This document shows positions 8,757-18,489 of a stretch of 64,000 nucleotides of DNA, piece by piece. Every line of letters starts with the position of its first letter. Position 1 is the stretch's first letter. The notes below the pieces were generated by a model. The model saw nothing but the letters and a program-made list of their open reading frames with translations. It searched no databases and had not been told where the DNA came from. The position numbers were made by a program, and so were the translations under genes. The stretch covers positions 545,494-609,493 of the forward strand of contig JAJYNN010000002.1 in NCBI GenBank assembly GCA_021786315.1. The letters are read 5' to 3'. Source of the DNA: a bacterium (GTDB lineage Bacteria > Patescibacteriota > Microgenomatia > Daviesbacterales > UBA10151).

Positions 8757-9530
8757 ATGCACGAGTTATTAATCTCCAAAGACCAACCGGACAATCAACT
8801 AACTCAAACCTCCCGGCAAAAAAATCTTCTCAGAAAAGTAAACTTTGATATCGATGGGGTACTCGCAAAAGCCCCTGTGCCCGGAAAAACTGTTTTTGCT
8901 TTGGTTATCAGGCGGTTCCATCCCAAACTGGGAAAAACATACAAGCCATACCATCCCGGAAAAAGCGAAATTATTTCCCGGGTTTTTGAGCCTGTTACTT
9001 CCCGTTTTATCACTCCATATGAATCTCGTCGATTACGCCCGGATGTGGTTCCTGGTTTAAGAGGATTTCAGGCAATCGGCAAGCGTCAGGGAGTTGATCT
9101 GACAATGGGAATCCTTTCCGGACGGGAACTACCTGCACATTCAACAACCAGACTATGGATTATCACCAACCCTCGGCTATCCCATTTTTTTCAACCTGAA
9201 AACGTTTCTTTAAATACCGGCAACAGTTCGTCGTTATCGAAAGAGCTGGGGACAATAGCAGATGCCGAAAGGTTTTACTCTGTCCTCCAGGTAGACGATG
9301 ACCCCAAGGCGGCTGTCCAAACTGCTTTAATTAATGGAATGACATTAGTTGATGCCAATGGGGAACAAAAAGTTGCAAAGACTGCATCTATTTTAATTAA
9401 CAACCTTTCCACTAAACCCGGGCTACTGCGTTGGGCAGGTGTGGAGTTACCGGAAAATGTCATCCCCGTAGACTCACTCTTTTTGGCAGCTCTAGCTTAT
9501 GAAAGAATGATCGCCGACGGAATAATGTAG
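8757..9530 (+). CDS. hypothetical protein (possible HAD-like DxDG motif FDIDGVL)
   Basis: 257-aa ORF. Only a weak N-terminal FDIDGVLAK motif. No other recognisable domain. Confidence 0.35.
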   Translation: MHELLISKDQPDNQLTQTSRQKNLLRKVNFDIDGVLAKAPVPGKTVFALVIRRFHPKLGKTYKPYHPGKSEIISRVFEPVTSRFITPYESRRLRPDVVPGLRGFQAIGKRQGVDLTMGILSGRELPAHSTTRLWIITNPRLSHFFQPENVSLNTGNSSSLSKELGTIADAERFYSVLQVDDDPKAAVQTALINGMTLVDANGEQKVAKTASILINNLSTKPGLLRWAGVELPENVIPVDSLFLAALAYERMIADGIM

Positions 9531-9535
9531 CTTGG

Positions 9536-11317
9536 TTATTTAGCACTGAGATTAATTTTGCGGATGCGGATGTTTTTGGGGGTCACTTCCACCAACTCTG
9601 TATCATCTATATATTCCAAGGCATCTTCCAAAGAAATAACCCGAGGGGCATTAAAGTGTTCCGAAACTCCTTCTCCGGAAGACCGGTGGTTTGTTTGCTG
9701 TTTTTCTTTGCAAACATTAATCCGGATATCATCCAACCGGGAATTTTGCCCAATCACCTGGCCAGCATAAACCGGAACAGACGGACCAATAAAAAGTTCT
9801 CCCCTGTCTTGAGCCCCAATCAAAGCATAGAGCTTACTGATTCCGCTTTCGTGAACCACCAAGGATCCTCTTTCACGGACATAAGAGCTTCCGGTATCTT
9901 TCCTAAATTCCAAGAAGGTTACATTAATAATCCCTAAACCGTGGGTGTCGGTAATAAATTCACTGCGGTAGCCAAAAAGCTCTTTGGTGGAAATAATAAA
10001 TTCCATGGTAACCACTCCGTTTTCAGTGTTCATATCCTGCAAATCCCCATGGCGGGTTCCCATCTTTTGCATAACAACCCCGGAGAAGTTTTCCGGCACT
10101 TCAATCAAAACCCTTTCATAAGGGGTAAAAGTTTGCCCATCAATTACTTTCTCGATTACTTGCGGACGGGAAACTTGGAATTCATAACCCTCCCGGCGCA
10201 TTCTTTCAATAAGAATCGCTAAATGGAGCTCTCCTCTTCCGGAAACAATCCAGGAACCATTGCTCTCCTGAACTTTCAAAGCCACATCAGTTTCCAACTC
10301 TCGGTTCAACCTGTCTTGGATTTGCCTAGCGGTTTTAAATTCCCCCTCTTTTCCGGCAAATGGAGAAGAATTAACGCTAAAGGTCATCTTGACGGTTGGT
10401 TCTTCAATGGATAAAAGTGGTAAAGCTTCAGCATTATTAGGATCAGCAATGGTCTCTCCAATAGTGATTTCCGGAATACCCGAGATGGAGACAATATCCC
10501 CCGCCTGTACTTCGCTTGTTTCTACCCTTTCCAAACCCTGATAAGTCATCAACGAAGTTAAGCGGTATTTTTTCTTTTCCCCGTCACGATTGATATGCAT
10601 CACATCTTGGCCAGCCTTGATTGTTCCGTTGTATATTCTGCCTGTAGCAATCCGGCCTTTAAAGTTGTCTCCGGAAATGGCCGCCACTAACATCTGTAAT
10701 GGTTTGTTAGAATCACCGGACGGAGAGGGAATGTGTTCCAAGATGGCATCAAAAATCGGGGTAATATCTTCCATCTTATCCAGCATTGGCTCCAAACCGG
10801 CTTTACCCAGCTTGCTTGAAGAATAAATAACCGGGAAAAAGGCAGTCTCTTCATCAGCCCCAAGTTCCAAAAACAGGTCAAAGGTTTTATTTAAAACATG
10901 CTCAATCCGGGCATCGGGTTTATCAATCTTGTTGATTACCACAATAATTTTATGGCCTAGCTCCAAGGCTCTCTTTAAAACAAATCTGGTTTGGGGCATA
11001 GGTCCTTCCTTGGCATCCACCAAAAGCAGACAACCATCAGCCATCTTTAATACCCGTTCAACTTCCCCTCCAAAGTCAGCGTGTCCTGGGGTATCAATAA
11101 TATTGATCTTGGTATCTTTCCAAATGATGGAGGCATTCTTGGAAAAAATAGTAATTCCTCTTTCCTTTTCCAAGTCATTGCTATCCATGATGAGGTCAGA
11201 ATCTTCAGTAAATTGTTTACCCAATTTGGTCTGTGATTGACGCAGCAAAGCATCCACCAAAGTAGTTTTACCGTGATCAACGTGAGCAATGATGGCAACA
11301 TTTCTTATATTATTCAT
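9536..11317 (-). CDS. typA: translational GTPase TypA/BipA
   Basis: NIRNVAIIAHVDHGKTTLVD, DTPGHADFGGEVER, NKIDK, with EF-G-like domains. Confidence 0.95.
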   Translation of the reverse strand: MNNIRNVAIIAHVDHGKTTLVDALLRQSQTKLGKQFTEDSDLIMDSNDLEKERGITIFSKNASIIWKDTKINIIDTPGHADFGGEVERVLKMADGCLLLVDAKEGPMPQTRFVLKRALELGHKIIVVINKIDKPDARIEHVLNKTFDLFLELGADEETAFFPVIYSSSKLGKAGLEPMLDKMEDITPIFDAILEHIPSPSGDSNKPLQMLVAAISGDNFKGRIATGRIYNGTIKAGQDVMHINRDGEKKKYRLTSLMTYQGLERVETSEVQAGDIVSISGIPEITIGETIADPNNAEALPLLSIEEPTVKMTFSVNSSPFAGKEGEFKTARQIQDRLNRELETDVALKVQESNGSWIVSGRGELHLAILIERMRREGYEFQVSRPQVIEKVIDGQTFTPYERVLIEVPENFSGVVMQKMGTRHGDLQDMNTENGVVTMEFIISTKELFGYRSEFITDTHGLGIINVTFLEFRKDTGSSYVRERGSLVVHESGISKLYALIGAQDRGELFIGPSVPVYAGQVIGQNSRLDDIRINVCKEKQQTNHRSSGEGVSEHFNAPRVISLEDALEYIDDTELVEVTPKNIRIRKINLSAK

Positions 11318-11517
11318 TTATTAATCCTTTCTGTTGCCATCACAAGATCTTTTTGTGAAACAAAAAGTAGACTTATGATTGCGACATTTCTCCTGTTCTT
11401 CATTTGACATTCCTTTCCCATTAAAAAAACCGCCTGTCCGCGGTGCAATAATTATACCTTTTTAAGCTTCAAATCACAAACATAAAGGTGACGCCTCGTC
11501 CGAAGGCAGGCGCCACC

Positions 11518-11850
11518 TTAAGAAATTACTAGAACATCACCAATTTCAGTTTTAGTTTGTTTTATTGTCCCTTCAGGTAATTCCAAAACCAATCCATATT
11601 TAGGGTTCCAAAAGAAAAACTGATTGGGTTCAATGGATTCTCCGATCTTTACCACCTTATTACTCTTGTCCAAAACCAAGATATCAATATTCTCCTTCAT
11701 CAATAGGGTATGCATCCCCAATCTCGTTTTAAACATCAGAGATCTGGGGTTGGATTTTCTAAGCAGCCCCAAGAATTTATCCAAAACAGAATTACAAAGT
11801 TTTAAATCAGTGGCCAGAATAGTTTTTTTGCTTTGATTGACAACTTCCAT
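11518..11850 (-). CDS. DUF192 (COG1430) domain protein, second copy
   Basis: LRKSNPRSLMFKTRLGMHTLLMKENIDILVLD follows the DUF192 pattern. Confidence 0.5.
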   Translation of the reverse strand: MEVVNQSKKTILATDLKLCNSVLDKFLGLLRKSNPRSLMFKTRLGMHTLLMKENIDILVLDKSNKVVKIGESIEPNQFFFWNPKYGLVLELPEGTIKQTKTEIGDVLVIS

Positions 11851-11862
11851 ACTTATTCTGTA

Positions 11863-12138
11863 TCAAAACCATTTTTTTGCTTTAGGATTGCGATGAGGAC
11901 AACCAGGCCAACAACACGGCCTGCGCATACCTTCTTTAAGTTCCGAAACCACTCGCTTGACGTGTTCCTCTCTCGTCTCGGGTTTTTTAACAATAGTAAC
12001 CCAACAAATCCACTCATTACGGGCAAGTGGTGTAATACTCTCCCAAGCTTCTAGAGCTTTGGGATCAGAAATGAGAGCTTTTCGCAAATCATCCGGCAAG
12101 TCATGCACTACGCCACCGGGAATATTTTTTGGGGTCAT
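11863..12138 (-). CDS. YdeI/OmpD-associated (DUF1905/YdeI-like) family protein
   Basis: DLPDDLRKALISDPKALEAWESITPLARNEWICWVTIVKKPETREEHVKRVV is typical of YdeI. Confidence 0.6.
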   Translation of the reverse strand: MTPKNIPGGVVHDLPDDLRKALISDPKALEAWESITPLARNEWICWVTIVKKPETREEHVKRVVSELKEGMRRPCCWPGCPHRNPKAKKWF

Positions 12139-12434
12139 GAAGTTATTTTATCAAAGTTGTGACCCGGCTAACACTACTTTTTACTTCGTAAAAAGATGTT
12201 GTAATTCTCGCTTCGCTCAAATTATGTGGATTCGAAGGGCCTCTTCCTTAGTCAGACAGAAATAAAAAAGGCGAGGCATAAAACCCCGCTTTTTAATTGT
12301 GACCCGGCTGGGATAGGCACTCCTCGAAGACTCGGAGTTGAACCTCCTTAGCTGTGCCAGATGCGGAGATTCTCGATCCAATAACCGCCTCAAAAATGAA
12401 ATTGCGCTTGGAAAAACCAAACTCAATTTCATTG

Positions 12435-12506
12435 TGACCCGGCTGGGATTCGAACCCAGGACCAAAAGCTTAAAAGGCTTCTGCTCTACCGCTGAGCTAC
12501 CGGGCC
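12435..12506 (-). tRNA. tRNA-Lys (anticodon UUU)
   Basis: Reverse complement GGCCCGGTAGCTCAGCGGTAGAGCAGAAGCCTTTTAAGCTTTTGGTCCTGGGTTCGAATCCCAGCCGGGTCA folds as a cloverleaf. Anticodon loop CTTTTAA, T-loop TTCGAAT. Confidence 0.9.
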
Positions 12507-12618
12507 AGATAGCACTAGATATTTTACCTCAATTTGATCTCAGTTAAAAGCCTTTTGCTTTACTCTTTTATTACTTCTTTAATATTTGAAAGTTAAAGGG
12601 TGTGTCTATACTTTTCCC

Positions 12619-13803
12619 ATGAACCTAGATATTCCGAGTACTTTTCAGTCAATTTGGCAAGCTACAACCCCGGAGACAAATTATCCGGCTTTAGAAAAAG
12701 ATCTGGAAGTTGATGTAGTAGTCATTGGCGGAGGCATCGCCGGGTTAAACGCCGCTTACTTTTTAAAAAACCGGGGATTAAAGATTGCGGTCATCGAGAT
12801 GGGGAAAATTGTTACCGGTACCTCAGGTAACACTACCGCTAAAATAACCTCTCTCCATGGCCTAAGATATGCCTATTTGAGAGAACATTTTGGTCAGGAT
12901 AAAGCTCAAATTTATGGGAATTCCAATGAATGGGCTATCTCTGAACTTCAGAGGATTATTCAAAAAGAGAATATTGAGTGTGATTTTTATCAGGCTCCCA
13001 GTTTTACCTATACCAACTCCCCTGATGATTTAGACAGTATTAAACAAGAGGTGGAGACAGCCCAAAAATTAGGGCTTCCGGCATCTTTTGTAAATTCCAT
13101 TCCCGGAATTAATTTGGATATTTTAGGAGCGGTGCGGTTTGACCATCAGGGATATTTTCACCCCAGAAAATTCCTTTTAAGAATTGCTGAACTAATTAAT
13201 AGAGATGGCAGTTATATTTTTGAAAATACTCCTGCCCAGGATATTAAAGAGAGTGAACGTTGCAATGTTCAAACTCCTAAAGCAACCCTTCTGGCCAAAT
13301 CCGTTGTTATTGCCACTAATCTCCCTTTCTATGACCCGGAAAAAATCTTTTCCCAGCTGGAAAGAAGCGGTTCCTTTGTTATTGCTGCCAAGCCCGCCTC
13401 CATCTTTCCCGAAGCAATGTTTATCGGCACCCGGGGCAAAGACATGTCATTCCGCCCCCACAAGAATCATCAGGAAAGGTGGTTAATTATCGGAGAAAGG
13501 CATAATGAGATGGGGATGGGTAAAAATATGAATGAAAATATCGAAACCCTGGCAAAGCTTACTAAAGAACACTTTCAGACAGATCAAATTGAGTTTAAAT
13601 GGGGGGCAGCCGACACCATGTCTTTGGATAAAGTGCCGTATATCGGTAGGATGCCCGGGTCGAAAAATGTCTATGTGGCCACCGGTTTTAATACCTGGGG
13701 AATGACTACTAGTTTTGTTTCTGCTAAGTTGCTTACGGACTTAATTTTAGGGGAGAAAAACGACTGGGAGAGCCTGTATACCCCTAAAAGGCTAAGGAGG
13801 TGA
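12619..13803 (+). CDS. FAD-dependent oxidoreductase (DAO family)
   Basis: Rossmann motif VVVIGGGIAGLNAAYFL. The ORF track begins at TTG 12586. The ATG at 12619 (MNLDIPS) is preferred. Confidence 0.8.
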   Translation: MNLDIPSTFQSIWQATTPETNYPALEKDLEVDVVVIGGGIAGLNAAYFLKNRGLKIAVIEMGKIVTGTSGNTTAKITSLHGLRYAYLREHFGQDKAQIYGNSNEWAISELQRIIQKENIECDFYQAPSFTYTNSPDDLDSIKQEVETAQKLGLPASFVNSIPGINLDILGAVRFDHQGYFHPRKFLLRIAELINRDGSYIFENTPAQDIKESERCNVQTPKATLLAKSVVIATNLPFYDPEKIFSQLERSGSFVIAAKPASIFPEAMFIGTRGKDMSFRPHKNHQERWLIIGERHNEMGMGKNMNENIETLAKLTKEHFQTDQIEFKWGAADTMSLDKVPYIGRMPGSKNVYVATGFNTWGMTTSFVSAKLLTDLILGEKNDWESLYTPKRLRR

Positions 13804-13808
13804 TCGAG

Positions 13809-14060
13809 TTGGATTTAAAACCCGGTGAGGGAAAGGTTATTGATTACCAGGGGCAAAAAGTTGCTGTCTATAAGGATGAAAAAGACAGGATCTTTGCCAT
13901 TTCAGGAAACTGTACCTATGAGGGCTGTATTATTAATTGGGACCCGGTGCAAAAAATTTGGGTCTGTCCTTGTTGCGGGTCAAGATATAGCTTGGAAGGA
14001 AAAGTTTTAAAAGGACCGGCAACAGTGGACTTACAAAAGGTTAAGATAAAAGAAGACTAG
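13809..14060 (+). CDS. Rieske [2Fe-2S] domain protein
   Basis: CTYEGC...17 aa...CPCCGS Rieske-like Cys/His boxes. AAGGAGG RBS at 13794-13800, likely TTG start. Immediately follows the FAD oxidoreductase. Confidence 0.7.
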   Translation: MDLKPGEGKVIDYQGQKVAVYKDEKDRIFAISGNCTYEGCIINWDPVQKIWVCPCCGSRYSLEGKVLKGPATVDLQKVKIKED

Positions 14061-14689
14061 TCTTTTTCAGCAGAGTTGGTGGCAGGATGGGCTGATTTGC
14101 TGCCTTCTTTCTGCCAATTCTTCCCCTCAGAAGTAGCAGAGTTAAAACTCTTAAGTGTCCTGATAATTTTAGATGCATCCTCACGGATAGCATGAATATC
14201 TTGTCTTATCGCCTTAAATTGAGTTTCAATAGCCTGGAATCCAGCTTTGTCTACTGCGGTTCCTTTTTGGGCATCAACATTTGCCAATCTTGTCTTGGCA
14301 TCAGCCAATTTACTTCTGGCATCAGTCATAGCTGCACTCATAGAAGTCACATCTTTTCCGGCATTTTTCGCGGCATCAATTCGAATTTGTAACTTATCTA
14401 AAATCTTGCCTGCAAGATCCAAAGACCTACTTAAGGCAGTTTCCCTGGCATCAACTGCTTTTCTCACTCTGGTAACTATTGCCTCCTTTTTGGCGTCTCT
14501 TTTTTCGGATACTTTTTCCTTTATATTGGTAACTCTTTCCTTGACAGTCTCCTCCAGTCTCCTAATTCCGGAGGTGGAAGCATTAGTTGGCCTCACTTCA
14601 TTACTGCCTTCCGCAAAAACAACTCCCGTCGCAGAAAGCGCTACAACAACAGACAAAGCTATAGCGATAGTGGCTTTTTGTATCTTCAT
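14057..14689 (-). CDS. secreted coiled-coil protein, hypothetical
   Basis: Signal peptide, then Ala/Lys/Glu-rich heptad-like sequence. Confidence 0.4.
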   Translation of the reverse strand: MKIQKATIAIALSVVVALSATGVVFAEGSNEVRPTNASTSGIRRLEETVKERVTNIKEKVSEKRDAKKEAIVTRVRKAVDARETALSRSLDLAGKILDKLQIRIDAAKNAGKDVTSMSAAMTDARSKLADAKTRLANVDAQKGTAVDKAGFQAIETQFKAIRQDIHAIREDASKIIRTLKSFNSATSEGKNWQKEGSKSAHPATNSAEKD

Positions 14690-14982
14690 AATCCCTTTAA
14701 TTCATTGGATAAATCAGAACCAGTGGTATCAATGTTGGCAAGATCCTTATCCAAAGCTGTTAAATCCTGGTCCAAAGCCTGGTCAGAAACATCTGGGGTA
14801 GGAGTTACCCGCACGTTTTGGGAAACTGTACCCTCCTGGGCGGGTTTTATTTCATTAATAGTCTTGGTGATTCCAATTTTTGAACCAAACTTATCTAAAA
14901 CACCAATTTTTACCGGGGAAAACATGTAGTACCCTGCAAGGATAAGAATTAAAGCTAAAAAAGCAACGAATAACTTAATCAT
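14686..14982 (-). CDS. small membrane-anchored hypothetical protein
   Basis: N-terminal TM MIKLFVAFLALILILAGYYMF. Start overlaps the downstream gene's stop. Confidence 0.3.
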   Translation of the reverse strand: MIKLFVAFLALILILAGYYMFSPVKIGVLDKFGSKIGITKTINEIKPAQEGTVSQNVRVTPTPDVSDQALDQDLTALDKDLANIDTTGSDLSNELKGL

Positions 14983-15091
14983 AGAGCAGTAAATTTATAC
15001 TACAACCAGCCCTAAAAACTGTCAAGAATATCAAACTAAATCAAGTCTAGATAATGTTGTAACTTCTATATCTTGTAGATATACTAAATTT

Positions 15092-16069
15092 ATGGAAGAT
15101 AACCTGCCCAAATCTGATAATCAATTTTGGTATGAAAATCAGCCCAACCATAATGAACCTCTTCAACCACAACCAGAACCTGCTCCTGCTGGTCCTCCAA
15201 TTCAAATAACAGAGAATAAGAAATACTCAGAGAAAAATGACCCGCCGATGGTAGATGTTAAAGTGACCAATCCTGTCTCCTACTTTAAAAAGTGGGTTAA
15301 ACATCTTTTAGGTAATGAGGGTATTGATATCGGTTTCAAATTTAAAGTTAAACCCTTAACCGCCATAGCTTTAATGGTTGCCTTGGCTGTTTCTTTTGGC
15401 ACTGGTTATGGAACTGGATTAAACGCCGCTGCCGGAGTTTTATTCCCCAACTCCTCCCCGCTTTTACACAGAACCGTGATGTACCAAGGAAATTTGCAAA
15501 AGGCAGGTGACAAATATCTTCTAATCCTTCCCAATTCAGATACTTATACTTTAAAACCCAAATCCAATACTAATATTAACTTTCAAAATTTAACTGATGG
15601 CCCGGTTTTAGTTAAAGGAAACTTAACCAGGGAAGCGTTTGTGATTGAACCCTCAGAAGTTATATCTTTAGGTGGTTCAGCCCCTGAGCCGCAAGCTACC
15701 CTTACCCCAACTAACTCTTCCATCTCTAATCCCACCGATTTCCCTAGTCTTTACCCCAGCCTGACTTGGGAAGTAACTCAAGAAAAAGTTTTAATATTTA
15801 CTTCGGGAAAAAGAAAGATCGAACAAAATGGTGTCTACCTGGAATCTGCTCAGGTACCTACTCTTCCTCAAGATTTCTTGAATTACTATACCAATGAGCT
15901 ACAAACCAAAGGTTTTGAGGAAACCTTAAATTCCAAAGATCCGGAAGGAACCACAATCACCTTTGCCAAAAATGACCTCTACTTAACCTTCGGCATCAAA
16001 AACATCTTTAAAGGCTCAGGCGACACCCGCCAACTCTCCGGCTACAAAGCCTTCATAGAACATAACTGA
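15092..16069 (+). CDS. Pro-rich membrane-anchored hypothetical protein (paralog A of 26482..27273)
   Basis: The core DPPMVDVKVTNPVSYFKKWVKHLLGNEGIDIGFKFKVKPLTAIALMVALAVSFGTGY is shared with the island-borne paralog. Confidence 0.5.
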   Translation: MEDNLPKSDNQFWYENQPNHNEPLQPQPEPAPAGPPIQITENKKYSEKNDPPMVDVKVTNPVSYFKKWVKHLLGNEGIDIGFKFKVKPLTAIALMVALAVSFGTGYGTGLNAAAGVLFPNSSPLLHRTVMYQGNLQKAGDKYLLILPNSDTYTLKPKSNTNINFQNLTDGPVLVKGNLTREAFVIEPSEVISLGGSAPEPQATLTPTNSSISNPTDFPSLYPSLTWEVTQEKVLIFTSGKRKIEQNGVYLESAQVPTLPQDFLNYYTNELQTKGFEETLNSKDPEGTTITFAKNDLYLTFGIKNIFKGSGDTRQLSGYKAFIEHN

Positions 16070-16084
16070 TCTCCACGCAGGGCG

Positions 16085-16702
16085 TTGCCTTGCGTAGGCT
16101 CAGTTAACAACATATGGTATTATTCCCCCATGGCTGAAAGATCAATATTAGGAATAACAGAAGAAAGAGTTAATAGAGCTGAAGACATTGTAGAAGAAAC
16201 TACCGATATCGAAAGAACCGACGATATGTTTAGGTTTATTAGAGGTGTAAACAAAAGGATATCCCGGGAACAAAGAGAACTTTATCTTAATTTAAAAACC
16301 GCCAAGGAAAGATTTCAAGTTGGTTCAGCACTCGCTTATGGATATGCAGCTGCAGTAACTTATGAAATGCTTCCTGATGAAGTAAGAAAAATTGAACTCA
16401 CTCAGGATCAAGTGGAGACTTCAACCAAGAGCCTACTTGATTCAAACCAAGATGAAAATGGATGCTTTGATTGGTATTTGGACAAATTAATAGCCGACTC
16501 TCCTTATTATATTAACTGGTTAATAGATACACTTGAAGATATTGAAGACCCAGAAGAAAAGCGTGATTTTACCTATGGTAGCGTTCTAGTCACACTTCCT
16601 TTTTATCAAAGAGGCGAGGCGTTTATCTTAGCCAATCAAATATGGTATAGACAAGACAGACCTCTCCTTACCTTACTCGAAGTTGAACTTGTACCACAAT
16701 AA
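16085..16702 (+). CDS. hypothetical protein (acidic)
   Basis: 205-aa ORF. No recognisable domain. Confidence 0.35.
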   Translation: MPCVGSVNNIWYYSPMAERSILGITEERVNRAEDIVEETTDIERTDDMFRFIRGVNKRISREQRELYLNLKTAKERFQVGSALAYGYAAAVTYEMLPDEVRKIELTQDQVETSTKSLLDSNQDENGCFDWYLDKLIADSPYYINWLIDTLEDIEDPEEKRDFTYGSVLVTLPFYQRGEAFILANQIWYRQDRPLLTLLEVELVPQ

Positions 16703-16810
16703 CAACACTATTTTCTCAACCCTACTGGCCTTCAGGATTATTTTTTGTTAAAATTACCACTACGGCGCGTTCGTCATAGTGCGCAAGCGCCAGACGAACT
16801 ACCTTGAAAA

Positions 16811-18406
16811 CTAAATATAGATGGCGCGTTCGTCTAGAGGCCTAGGACACTGGGTTTTCATCCCAGGAATCGCGGGTTCGAATCCCGCACGCGCTACTGA
16901 GAGGGATTGTAAGAAGGTTGTGTTTGATTTCCTCTGCGCGGGTGGGGGCGCGCAGAGCTCTCTAAAGCCCTGATTGTAGTCTACGGAAAGTTGCCGATTC
17001 AATAAAAAGAAGTTCGAGCCGACAGTTTTTGCTCCTATGCTTAAATCGGAGCATGTATTTTTTGCGCGCGCGATTTTTGCGCACGAAAGTGCGCTTCCGA
17101 CCCACTCTCTCATAGGTTCGAGCCAACTCGAACCGTTTTGTCTTATTCTCTCCAAATCTTCCTGAATTTTAAGTTTTTGTTCAAAAACTTCGTTCTTTTT
17201 ACTTTTATAAGTTTCACCATCTATTACCTGATCCAAGAAACTATCAAGTAACAAATTGAGCTTTTTATCTAAAGTTTCCAGCTCGTTTTTTAGGGAGATT
17301 ATATTTTCCTCAATGAACTTTTGCTCCTCAACTTCATCCCGATCCATCCATTTATACCAATCATGAGCCCAACTTTCGGGAATAGACACATCAGAAACAA
17401 TCTTTCTTACTTGTAGTTCTAAATCTTCTTGAGAAATATATTTTTGAGAACAAGGTTTAATTTTCTTAGTGCATCTATAGTAAATAAAGGTTTGTTTATT
17501 ACCATTTTTATATTTTTTAGTATGAGTTTCGGTAGTAATAGCCGCACCGCACTCTCCGCACCTCATCAAACCTCTAAAAGCAAAATCATGGCCATTTTTC
17601 CTTGGTCTTTCAATTCTTTTTATTTCTTGTTGAGCAGAATCAAATAGTTTTTTAGAGATAAATGTTTTATGAGAGCCCTGATAATACTCACCGTTATACT
17701 TTAAAATCCCAATATAAAATCTGTTGGATAGCATTTTCTTTATTTGGTTTATATGTAAAGGTTTTTTGTTTATGGTTGTACTTACCCAACCTCGAGTTAA
17801 CCCTAATTTGTGAAGATAGAGGGATATTTCCTTGTAAGATTTACCTCCCTCGGCAAAAAGTTCAAAGGCCTTTTTAATTGCTAAAGAAGTTTCCGGATCT
17901 ACTTGAACAGTTTTTGTATTCGAGTCGTTTTTATACCCGAAAGGTGCTTTCATTGGCCAAACTCCATTGCGAAGTTTTTGCCTTAGCCCACGTTTTACAT
18001 TTTCTGATAAGTTGTCGACATAATATTTGGATTGGCCAAAGGCAATATTTAGCATAAATTTTCCCTGTGGAGTATTTTCAAACCAGAAGGTAGGGAATTT
18101 AAGGTTTAGAAGATTACCGGTATCCAAGAGGTAAATTATTTGGCCGCCGTCAATTGAGTTACGAGCTAATCTATCGGGATGCCAGGCAATAATACCTTGT
18201 GCCTGTCCTTTCTCGATCTTTTTTATTACCTCTGCGAATTTTTCTCTTCCGGGGAGTTTAGCGGTTTTTGACTCTGTTATAAATTCTTTGATTTCTAAGT
18301 TCTCTCTTTTGGCAAATTCTTGAAGCTCAGCAATTTGAGCCTCAATAGAAAGGACTTGTCTATCCTTCTCATCTGTTGATTTTCGGCAGTATGCTATATA
18401 TTTCAT
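16811..18406 (-). CDS. large serine recombinase (resolvase/invertase catalytic domain + recombinase domain + Zn-ribbon + coiled coil)
   Basis: N-terminal YCRKSTDEKDRQVLSIEAQ (Y-x-R-x-S motif), GIIAWHPDRLARN, a Cys4 ribbon CGECG...YYRC, and a coiled-coil tail. The frame has no stop until 16811, so it reads through IR1-left into the tRNA-Glu antisense. The true 3' end is uncertain. Confidence 0.8.
   Translation of the reverse strand: MKYIAYCRKSTDEKDRQVLSIEAQIAELQEFAKRENLEIKEFITESKTAKLPGREKFAEVIKKIEKGQAQGIIAWHPDRLARNSIDGGQIIYLLDTGNLLNLKFPTFWFENTPQGKFMLNIAFGQSKYYVDNLSENVKRGLRQKLRNGVWPMKAPFGYKNDSNTKTVQVDPETSLAIKKAFELFAEGGKSYKEISLYLHKLGLTRGWVSTTINKKPLHINQIKKMLSNRFYIGILKYNGEYYQGSHKTFISKKLFDSAQQEIKRIERPRKNGHDFAFRGLMRCGECGAAITTETHTKKYKNGNKQTFIYYRCTKKIKPCSQKYISQEDLELQVRKIVSDVSIPESWAHDWYKWMDRDEVEEQKFIEENIISLKNELETLDKKLNLLLDSFLDQVIDGETYKSKKNEVFEQKLKIQEDLERIRQNGSSWLEPMREWVGSALSCAKIARAKNTCSDLSIGAKTVGSNFFLLNRQLSVDYNQGFRELCAPPPAQRKSNTTFLQSLSVARAGFEPAIPGMKTQCPRPLDERAIYI
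16823..16896 (+). tRNA. tRNA-Glu (anticodon UUC)
   Basis: GGCGCGTTCGTCTAGAGGCCTAGGACACTGGGTTTTCATCCCAGGAATCGCGGGTTCGAATCCCGCACGCGCTA. D-arm TTCGTCTAGAGGCC is typical of tRNA-Glu. Anticodon loop TTTTCAT. Confidence 0.9.
16894..16996. repeat. IR1-left: 103-bp perfect inverted repeat (partner 18490..18592)
   Basis: Exact reverse-complement match to 18490-18592, verified base by base. Overlaps the last 3 nt of tRNA-Glu. Confidence 0.9.
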
Positions 18407-18489
18407 GGCAGTTTATCTTTAGGGGAAAAGTTCTTTTAGCGACAGCGTTTCCCAGAAATTTTTGCGTGTCTTCTTACTATCTTTCTTTA

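Noticed and set aside
11489-11519. GC-rich hairpin ggtgacgcctcgtccgaaggcaggcgccacc after the DUF192 gene, as a terminator
   Set aside because: The stem is imperfect and no T-tract follows on either strand. It is not called.
12296-12395. Possible second tRNA downstream of tRNA-Lys
   Set aside because: Only the last ~18 nt match a tRNA 3' end. No D-arm or T-arm can be folded. It is interpreted as an att-type partial duplication.
12217-12547. ORFs 12217-12465 (-) and 12338-12547 (+)
   Set aside because: They span tRNA-Lys and its 3'-end copies, so they are not coding.
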